DNA of 63,425 nucleotides, the filler included, from Reclinomonas americana ATCC 50394 (Eukaryota), in the NCBI GenBank assembly GCA_048213135.1. It is 17 parts of 17 records of this genome, joined end to end, with 100 filler letters (N's around TTAATTAATTAA, not from the genome) between each part and the next. Parts side by side here need not be neighbours in the genome. Positions count along the whole stretch, not along the records: positions 47,754 to 56,469 come from AFZH01021267.1; positions 56,570 to 57,620 come from AFZH01021268.1; positions 57,721 to 59,269 come from AFZH01021269.1; positions 59,370 to 63,425 come from AFZH01021270.1; 13 more parts are not named here. One strand, written 5' to 3'. This document shows, piece after piece, positions 53,877-63,425 of the stretch. The first letter of the stretch is position 1; each line of letters begins with the position of its first letter. The notes under the pieces were generated by a model. It was not told where the DNA came from. It saw only the letters and a list, made by a program, of their open reading frames with translations, and made no database searches. The translations under genes and the position numbers were made by a program.

Positions 53877-56281
53877 ATGCATATGCGACGAGTGCTCCCA
53901 CTTGTGTTGCTTGTGCTTCTGCTTGTCACTGCTGCCTGTGCACATCAAGGTGGGGTGTTCACACAGTCATACACGGAAGAGCATGCAGGATTCTCACTCT
54001 CACTCTCACGTGCATGCAGCAACTCACACTCGTGAAGAGAGTCGCACATCATCACCACCAGCGCCACCACCTCGACCACCGCCGACATGGACATTGTCGA
54101 CGCCGGCACCAGAGGGCGACACGTGGCTGCCTTCCGAGTCAATAGGCTTCAATCTCATTGTGCACGACACGGACGAGGAGGAGCACACGATCTTCATCCC
54201 ATACGCTGGCTTCACGTGGTTCGAGGACGCAGGTGCGACATGGGGGAGTGGAAGTGAGGGGGCGGGGGAGTGACTTGACATGCTTTTTGTTTTTGGTGTC
54301 TGTTTTGATATCAAGTGCGCTTGCACACACAACAAAACAGTGTTGGATGCTGTCAGCAAGGCCAAGATGGGATTCGGCGCCGCTCAGCAGGGACTGGGAT
54401 TGTGTCGGCGTCTCACTGCAGAGGAAGGCTCGATGCCGAAGCCTTCACAACTTGGTGTTGCGTGCCTGTGATGCGCGCGTGGCGTGAATGCTGCTGTTGA
54501 CTTTGTTGTGCGCAGGCGGTGGCACCGGGAGTTCGTTCCTCGGGGAAACGTCCGGCTGTGCCGCTGCGCAGAGTGGGTCTCTTTGTGGACGGCCGTGTGC
54601 GCGTCTTGTCGGTGCGAGTGGACGGTCGTGATGTGAACGAAGTCGGTGCGTGCGTTTGTGTGTTGTCCTCTCTTTTGTTCTCCTCCTCACTCGCTGTGTG
54701 TTGACGACAGTGTCGTCGTTTGTGTCGGCGAATGCAATCGAGTCGGTGTTTGTGCCGGCCATGGCAATGGCAGTGCACCACCAGCTGCAGACGAACGCCG
54801 AAGAGGTTTGCATTTGTCGTCGTTCACTGTTGGCATCGCCTTGCTGAACGTGCGTTTGCGTTTAGCCACTGGAGACACCGTACAGCATGGCCCGCATGCA
54901 GTACCTCCGCAAGGGCTTCGTGGTGCCTCTCACCGAGCCCGAGTTGGCCGTTCAGCATCCGGTGGTGGTGATGGTCGGCGCCTACCACCACCATGTGGAC
55001 TTGCTTGGTACGCGTCCACTCGACTCTCTCATCCCCATTCTCTCCCTCCTCACACTCTTGCCTGTGCTTGTTGGCAGCCGACGACCCGCTGCAGCCTTCA
55101 TTCCGCTGCTCACTCATTGGGCGCCCCTTCCCGGAGCGGAAACGATGTGCGCCGTTGATTGCCGCCGCACGCAAGTGGATCGAGAACAATGTGGAGGTAC
55201 GTGAGCCGTTCCCTCAGCTCCCTCCTCCTTCCCTTCTCACACGTTGACAATGGCGCTGCAGCACGTCTTCACGCACTTCCTGCCTCCACCGCCACCCACA
55301 CTTGAGCCACCACCACTGCCGCCACCACCACCACGCAGTCCCTACTTTGTCGGCTCGGACACTATGACTGGCGCCCAACTGCTGGCGCTCGCCGACAGCG
55401 GCCACCCGAACGTGGGTCGCGTACGACCGTGGGTGTGCTCGTACCGCACCATCGATGGTTTCACCGTGCATCGCTACACTGGACTGGCCCCCCAAGACAA
55501 CGTCTTCAGCTCCCTGTTTGTCAAGTCACAGCCGCGTCCGGTTGCTGGTCGACTGGCCACCATTGTGTTGGGTGTGTTCTCCATGGATGAGAACGAGGCG
55601 GATCGTGACGATGTGCGCGAGACGTGGATGCGCTACCCCAATGTGTATCACCGCCCGTACAACCCAGAAGGCTCGGTGCAGGTGGTATTCGTGTTGGGCC
55701 GACCTCGCAATGCGGATCTGGCCCGACGGCTGCGTGCCGAGCAGGAGAAACACGGCGACCTGTTCTTCTTGGACATTCTCGAGAACATGAGCTCCGGCAA
55801 GATGCACGACTTCCTCGCCGCGTCGGCCGATCACTTTCGCGGCACGAATGTGCGCTACGTGGGCAAGGCCGATCACGACGCCTTTGTGCGCACCGTGCAG
55901 CTGGAGCGCGAGCTGTCGAAGCTGCCGCGTGAGCGTCTGTACTGGGGGCCAGGATTGGTGGCGTACCGCGACGGAGTGGCTGTGGAGTATGCGGTCAGTT
56001 TTTTGAACCTGCTATCGTGGGACTTGGTGGAGTGGGTGCGCCGTGTGCCGCTGGGCAGCCTGGAGCACCTGGGACTCGACGACTGCACGCTGGGTTCGTG
56101 GTTCGCGATGGAGAATGTGCCGGTGCACTTTGTGGGCGACGCCCGCTTCCACGATCTATTCGGCGCCACCGATGCCCTCGTCGAGGCGCGGCTGACCGAG
56201 AGGAGCCTTGCAGTGCATCGCGTGCGCGGCGGCGACATGCTGCGACTGTTCATGCGCCAGTTTCCGCCGGAGGATGAGTGA
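53877..56281 (+). CDS. GT31 glycosyltransferase, copy 3
   Basis: Same exon structure and motifs (MRRVLPLVLLVLLLVTAACA, ENMSSGK, YVGKADHDAFV); stop at 56279-56281. Confidence 0.88.
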
Positions 56282-56339
56282 GCGGTTGTGTAGTAAACGT
56301 AAGATGTAGATTTATGGTTGCAGTGCCGATGTTCTCCGA

Positions 56340-56430
56340 CAAGCAAGCCCAGCTGCAGTCTTTGTGACCAATTCCAACCATTCTGCAAGAACAACAACTT
56401 TACTAATCCAAACAGCAACACAGCTGCATG

Positions 56431-56462
<32 letters not shown>

Positions 56463-56925
56463 CTTTACTNNNNNNNNNNNNNNNNNNNNNNNNNNNNNNN
56501 NNNNNNNNNNNNNTTAATTAATTAANNNNNNNNNNNNNNNNNNNNNNNNNNNNNNNNNNNNNNNNNNNNAAATCAATGCAAGCAAGTCCGGGAAGGAACT
56601 GAGATGCATTTGAGAGGTTGTTGTTGGTGATGGTGTTGTTGTTGTTGCTCACGGAAGTTGTCACTGCCGTCTGTTGATTCTGGCAACGGCACCGCAATGC
56701 GCCGACCAGATGTAATGGTCGTGGCGAGCGGCACAGCTGCACAGTTTCGACAGCAAGCGATCCGTGTCGTCACTGCTTCGACGCTCCTGAGGTGAACGGC
56801 CATACACCAAGTCGGCCACGTTGTCACCAGTCCGTTTCGGGACGATGCCACCGGAGCCAAACACCAGTGTATAGAAGACAACTGATCATCATCTTGAGTG
56901 AGACCAATTCCGACCGTTCTGGTTA
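56340..56925 (+). repeat. Member of the dispersed intergenic repeat family plus (AAC)n, interrupted by a gap
   Basis: caacaactttactaatccaaacagcaacacagctgcatga (identical to 37948-37987); tgatcatcatcttgagtgag (cf. 37988-38007); gaccaattccaaccattctg and gaccaattccgaccgttctg. Confidence 0.7.
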
Positions 56926-57318
56926 CAAAGCTTCGAACAAGTCGAAAACTGCGATCCACGTCGTGCGGAATGAAACGCACTTGCATAGACGCACTGCGTT
57001 TTCTGCGGTCGTATCGGCTAATCCAACCCAGGGAAATCGAATTCGAAGCCGTGCAAGCGATTGCGAAGCGCTTGCAATTGCCAGGTCCGGATCGCAAACA
57101 CAGACGCCTTTGGTTCGCCTCGCGGGTCCATACACTGTCCACCACCCAACCTCTTGCGTACCGCAGCCGTTTCCTCACCGCGGGGTTGTGGCGCGGTTTT
57201 ATAATTCCGCCGGACAATTCAATTCCACTCGCCGGCCCAACCAACCGAAAGCAATCAAGTAAAGCGCGTCTTCATAGATCATCACGAGCGGTCACTGTGA
57301 CTTAGATAGAGGGTGGCC

Positions 57319-59268
57319 ATGAGTGTCAAGTTCAACTGGGCACGGCTGAGCTCCACTGCCACGAGTCTGGAGCTCACCAACACTCTGAACACATTTTTCG
57401 CCGCTCAACAGCAACAACAGTCGACTTGGCCTTCCTTTCTGGGAGCCGTTCGTGTGACCGATGTCTCTCTTGGTCCGGTGAGTCACACACATACACACAC
57501 ACGCATAGTGAGGGAGTCAAGAGTCGGAGAGTGAGAGAGAGGCGCTCGTGTGCGCGTGCGTGTGCGCGTGTGTGATGTCGTCAATGCTCGTCCTTTCAAA
57601 CCGTTGTGTTGTCTGCCTTCNNNNNNNNNNNNNNNNNNNNNNNNNNNNNNNNNNNNNNNNNNNNTTAATTAATTAANNNNNNNNNNNNNNNNNNNNNNNN
57701 NNNNNNNNNNNNNNNNNNNNGCCGCCGCCGGCTGCTGTCCGCGCACCGGCTGCAATGGCGGCGGCTGCGGCTGGGCGACCGGCAGCACGTCTCCCGCCAA
57801 GACCACATGCGCGGCCACAGCAACAACAACAGCAGCACCATTACATGCAGCAGCACGCGGCTGCAATGGCGATGATGTCGCGGCGATTGGTCGATGAGGA
57901 CGATAGTGATAGTATGGCTGAGGTCGATGTGGGCCTGCGTGGTCCGGTGCGGCTCGTGTCGTCGCGCTCAGCGTCGAGCTTGAATGATTTGCACTCGGGT
58001 CCGCCGTTGACGCCCACCAGCTCGGACAAGTCGGCGGTGAGCGATGCGGACTCAATGTCGCTGGGCTCGAGTGATTCCATGTATGGTGATTCGCGGCCGG
58101 CCACGCCCACGCCGCTGTCGGAGCTGGGAGGCGCTGCTTCTTCGTCTTCTACAACGACGACGACAACTTCGACTGCCACGCACTCAAGGCATCCCTCGGC
58201 GTCGGCCTCCAACGCGGGCTGGTCGCAGCTGGCCGGCTCGCTGGCGTGCATGTCGGCGTTCTCGATGCCGGGCATGATGCCGACCCGTTCGCGAGTGTCG
58301 CGTGCCGATGCGCGTGAGAACGTGCAGGCCAGCATTGCGTTGCGCTGGCTGTCACAGCTCTCGTTCAGTCTCGAGACGGAGCTGGTGCTGTTGAATGAGC
58401 CTGTGCCGCGCTTCTTGACGCTGCCGCTCCGCATCACCGTCTCCAAGTTGTACCTGTGCGGTCGGCTCGAGGTCGCTCGGAGTCGCACGCACCTGTCCAT
58501 GTACTTTCACCGCGCCAAAGACCCAGTTGCGTTGTACTCTCCCTCACTTCTCCCTCCCTTCTCCCTCCCTCCTCCCTCTCTCCGATCTCCCTTCTCACAT
58601 TGCCACCTTGCCACCTTGCCACTCACAGTCGGAGAGGAGTCCATTGCGGTCGGTGCACTTCTCGTGTGAAATGGGCGACGCGTCGGCCAAGTCGTTGAAG
58701 TTGCCGGCACACGTCAGCAAGTTCTTGGTGGAGCAGTTGAAGAGGTGGATTGTGGCGCAAATGGTGTTCCCCAACGCGTTGGTGTTGCCACTGCCGCCGG
58801 ATGCCGACGAGGATGCCGCGGCGGACAGTCGGCGGGGCGAAGCGCTGCTGGAACAGGAGGCAGCGCGAGCGTTTACCGACATGCCGCAATTCACCGACGA
58901 TTCGACGTTTGATGTGCTGGCCGAGAGCATCGACGACGACAGATTACCCCCGTTGCCTGCGATCCCCCTGCTGGCAGACTCGCCGCCGCCACCCACGTCA
59001 TCACTCGGCGCTCATCGCTCGCCGGTACCATTGCACCACCATCAGCATCATCACCACCACCACCACCATCAGCAACAGCAGCAGACGCCGCCACCACCAC
59101 CACCGCAGCGCGCTCCCCAACAGCAGGGCAGTCCACTCCCTGTGCATCGACCACACGTGCGCACCACCGGTGACGTGGACGCCGATTCCTCGGTGTCGTC
59201 GTACAGCACCAGCGACTCGGAGCAGCTCATCTCCACGGACACGATTGTGCATCATGCTCCGCGGCCTG
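57319..59268 (+). CDS. MDM12: ERMES SMP-domain subunit Mdm12 (3' end in gap)
   Basis: MSVKFNWARL..LNTFF..WPSFLGAVRVTDVSLGP matches the Mdm12 N-terminus. LETELVLLNEPVPRFLTLPLRITVSKL..SPLRSVHFSCEMGD..VSKFLVEQLKRWIVAQMVFPN matches the C-terminal SMP half. Confidence 0.82.
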
Positions 59269-59599
59269 GNNNNNNNNNNNNNNNNNNNNNNNNNNNNNNN
59301 NNNNNNNNNNNNNTTAATTAATTAANNNNNNNNNNNNNNNNNNNNNNNNNNNNNNNNNNNNNNNNNNNNGGTTGTTTGGGCAGGGCGCCTACCCATAATC
59401 TGGTGCTCTTGCTCTATGTTTAGGTTGTTTTTAATAACGGAGACCTTATTCCTTGTCTCCTGTTTGTCATTTGTTGCGTTTTTGCTCTGTTTAATGTGCC
59501 CCCTCTTTAATTGGCCCGTGGGTGCAGCCACTCGATACTTGCATATAAAGGATGATCACAATAGTTTAAACGTGCTTCATTATATAATTCATTCATTGA

Positions 59600-62500
59600 T
59601 CATCTCTGCGCACTCCTTCGGACCACTGCTTGTTTCGTGTGCGGTCGGCCTCGCGGATCACGATGTTCGCGATTGTCACGCCGATCACGAGGGTCGCCAC
59701 CTGCATGTGTAACAGTGAGAGGCCACAGAAGCACGGTCAAGATGAAAGCCAGTGACTCACGATATCCGCCGCCGGCGCTGTCGTGTCGACGCGATGGCGG
59801 AGGCGAGGGCGGCAGTGGAGGTGGTGGTGGTGGTGGCGGCGGGCCTGATCTCGACCGCGGAGGTGTTGTCGGTGGCGGCGGTGATGCGCGCGATGATTGC
59901 GGGTCGCGATGACGACCGCCGCGTCTGCCGTCATCGTACGCGGGCCGATACGGTTCGCGATTGAAGTGATGAACGACATGACCAGTCCTGCTGCGGCTGC
60001 TGCTGCTGCTGCTGCCGGAAGGTGCTGCCGATGGGGGAGGCGGTGGCGGTGGCGGTGGAGGCGGCGGCGGCGCCACTGGCTGCGGCGACGCGCCATACTG
60101 CGCGTTGAGCACCAATTGGAGCGCAGCTTGAATGTCTTGCATGGAAATCTGTGGAATTCGCGGAGGCTCCACGTGCGGTGCGACGGGGGTCACAGGACCA
60201 GCTGCATTTGCGCCGGAGGCGGGAGTTCGTTGGTGTGGAATGTATGGCTGATCGGCCACAAGCGGCGGCCTGCCGTGCGAACCATATGAGCGTCGGTAAT
60301 CGGCTGCACAAGCACGCAGTTTGTTACGTCAGTGCGACAACAATGCGACAACCACACACAAGCACGCATATGTACACACCTTGCCGACGTGAGTCTGTGG
60401 TGCGCTGCGACCTGCCGGACGAATTCCAGCGTTCCTCTGGCGACAGCGACTGCGGTGGAAGCGGCGGCGGAGGTGGAGGCGGTGGCGGCGGCGGCGGTGG
60501 TGGTGGCGGCGGCGGCGCAGTTGAGGCATACGACTTGCTTCGGCCTCCTCCTCCTCCTCCACCGTAGCCGGCATCTGCTGGGTACTGCTTGCTGCCACCC
60601 GTCTGGAACCGATCGCCAGAGTACGACTGGCGACCACCAAAGCGACCTGCAGCCGAGGAGGGCGGCGGTGGCGGACCAGAACTGCTGTTCGATTGTGACG
60701 ACGGTGTTGGTGGCACTTGTTTCGGAGTGCGGTTCCGTGTGTCGGTAATGATGATTGGGTGCCGACGCCTGGTGTCGTTGATAATGGTGGTCGTACGACG
60801 AGGCTCGCCCTGCGGGGGCCACGGCTCTCCGGCTCTCTTGTTTGTCACCAATCGCCGCTGTTCTGGTGTTCCACCGTAGCCACCATGCTGGCGGCGCGGA
60901 TGCGCGCTGTCATCTGCGCCGACAGCAACGGCACTCGCACCGACATTTCCACGGCGTGCCAGCAACAAGTGCTGATCGGTGACGGCCGTCACCAGTTCTT
61001 GTGGCAACAAGTCACGGATGGATGACACCTCCACGTCGACGTGCCGGTCAAACGCCTATGCCAACAGTCAACAACAACAGCCATGATAGAACACCCTTTC
61101 TCATACACGCAAACGCACCACACTAGATCCTTGAAGCTCGGACGGTGTGGGAGCCACGCAGGACCGGCCACCCAGTTGCAGCGCACGATCCACACCACCA
61201 CCCAGAGCAGCCATGACACTGGCACGAGCCGTCGTAAATGCCTCCAGAGCGGGCGAGCGCATCACTGTGCACAAGAGTCTCAGCACTTCCTCCCAGTGCT
61301 CATCAGCACAGCACAAGTCGCTCACCACCAAGGATGCCGACGAGAACCCAACCCAGCGTCGACATGGTCTGCTCATATTCGGCAAGCACACCGGCGGCTT
61401 GTACGGCGTCTTCCAACTCCACCGCTGTTCCACCGCCGTCCTTGTCCGCCACACGCGACGCAGGCAACGCACTCTGTCACCAAGACAACACACGCGTTGG
61501 ATCATGCACCACAGACGAACATGAACACTTGCAGGCACGAACCTCGATGCGATTACGGAGTGCCTCCCATTCCGTGGCCACGCGCTGCACCGCATTCACA
61601 TGCACCTCAAACTCGGCGGCGGCCGCCGCACGCGATGACAGCCAACGAGCCACGCGATGCCCACACTTCAACGTCACATCAAACCACTCCATGGCCTTGC
61701 TGTGCTCGCCGAGTCTCGCCACGGCATGATCGGTATCCTGGACCACCATGGCGTGCTGATCCAGCACCGTACGTGTCCACCACTCCAGCAGAGGCTCCTC
61801 CGCGGCACGGTTGGGCGACCGCGCGTTCAACATGGCCACACTCCCGGCAAGCGAGTCGCTGAATGTCTGCAGCGCACTCGACAGCCACGGCGAGGCCGCA
61901 GAAATCTTCTCACTCGCCAGTGCCGCAGCCTCCAACACCTTGGGCACGCAGAGGGAAGTGAGCAGGAGACGAAATCAGTGAAGAACAGCGCAAGTCAGCG
62001 TACCTCGGCGAGCTGAGGAGCGGTCGGTATGTACCGCACACCACGCAGCGTGTCTCTGGCAGGCGCGTCGGCAGAATCGACGCCCTTCTCCAGAGCCTCA
62101 TCCACGCGCTGATCGGCGACCACGACGGCCAGCGCCAGCTGCAGCAGCGTCTCGCTTATCGACACGCGTACATTCTCCTCGATTGCGCCAGCGTCGATCA
62201 CCGTGTGCAGCGCGGCCACAATGGCCGAACCAAGCGTCGATGCATCAAGTGCCAGTCGAATCGAGTCATTGCGCGAGACGATATCGCGCGCGGCAACAAT
62301 CAAGCGCACGCCACCAAACACACTCTCGTCCATCTGCACACACTCACACTCAGCACGATTCGAAACAAGCAAAACACACCAATGACTCACCGGTCCCCCG
62401 GCTGCCCCGCTGATCGCTTGACACGTCTCCACCACGCGCACACGCAGGTGCTGTGCTACCGGACCGCATATTTGCGTTTCTGTAATGTCAGAATCCGCGA

Positions 62501-63425
62501 GTCGCAGCAACGCTTCAATCGTCGTCCGCTGAATGGCTTGATTGCTGAGCGGCGGCGAGAGTGAGCAGCGACCGAAAAAAAGAAACAAAGGGAAAAACAC
62601 ACGAACCCAGACTCCAGGTACGGCAGCAGACCATCGACGAGCGGTTTCAGCGCACCGTCAGCGACAAATACAACCCACGGATTGGAAGCCAGCAGGCGAG
62701 CAAGCGACTGCGGCGCTGCGGAGGACTCCGACGACAGCGGCGGCGGCGGAGGGGGCGAGCACAGCAGCGGGATGAGAGAGGCGACCGCAAAGGCTGAGGT
62801 CGGAGTGGAAGCCGCGTGCTGCACCAGCCATGTGCACACACTGCATGCATGCATTAGTCAGTGACAATGATCAAGTCAGAGTGGTGTCGTTTCACGAATT
62901 GTCAGCTCACCGCGACAGCGACAGTGGGTGTCTGCACATGGTCAGCATCGCATTCACGATGCGCAGGACACACGTGGCCAGCTGCAGGTGTGGATTCACA
63001 GGCTCTGGCGGATCCCACGATGGTCGCACCGCGTGCAACGACACCCACAACGGTGCCTGACGTTCACTCTCCGACACGCCAGAATATTCGTCGTCAAACA
63101 AATTGCGAAGATCAAGAGCGAAACCGGCCGCAATCCACTCGGGCGGCACCGCCTCGTGCTCGACGACAAACATGTATAGCTGTCGACAGCCGTGTGAGAA
63201 ATCGCACACGCTTGCACGGAAGATGATGGGCACAGACAGACAATCACACCTCCAACATCATGTCCACAAAGTGGTCGAGGCAAGCGGTCGACTGCAGACG
63301 CTCCAGCAAACTGTACGCAGTATTCGTGATCAACACCGCAGTGTCAAACCAAAACATTTGGTCCTGCATTGACAAAAAAAAAAGGTATGTGAGTGGCAAC
63401 TCGCCACACTAGCGCCCCCGGACGA
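59600..63425 (-). CDS. Large multi-exon hypothetical protein, helical region plus Pro/Arg/Gly-rich C-terminus (5' end beyond window)
   Basis: GT-AG exon chain, e.g. LARLLASNPWVVFVADGALKPLVDGLLPYL, IEALLRLADSDITE, VRVSISETLLQLALAVV, PLLEWWTRTVLDQ, AFDRHVDVEVSSIRDLLPQEL, then poly-Pro exons ending at TGA 59600-59602. Confidence 0.6.

Noticed and set aside
56573..57305. Overlapping ORFs upstream of Mdm12 as a transposase or other gene
   Set aside because: No recognisable motifs or convincing exon chain; partly made of the dispersed repeat.

Overview
Eukaryotic, intron-rich genomic scaffold from an unidentified protist. It has ERMES Mdm12, a hybrid His kinase and FNIP. Sixteen assembly gaps are marked by an artificial N-TTAATTAATTAA-N linker, and genes run across them. 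Most of the six-frame ORF track is microsatellite noise, so I rebuilt the genes by hand from GT-AG exon chains. In order: an orphan multi-exon gene (+); FNIP/Lst4 (-) head-to-head with a PAS-hybrid histidine kinase (+), both with N-myristoylation motifs; a WD40-UBR box-PHD fusion (+); an aromatic amino acid hydroxylase with a mitochondrial-type presequence and no ACT domain (-); a divergent pair of vWA-FN3-IFI44-like GTPases; a multi-pass membrane protein (-); three tandem GT31 glycosyltransferases (+); Mdm12 (+); and a large unknown protein (-). The most striking signal is in the splice sites. At least 21 introns (roughly one in six by hand count) use a donor GTTGCGT/GTTGAGT, the common GTGCGT/GTGAGT motif displaced by one base. 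This donor occurs only after exons that do not end in G, and it swaps with G|GTGCGT at equivalent introns of paralogues. All family calls come from motif recognition by eye, not database searches.
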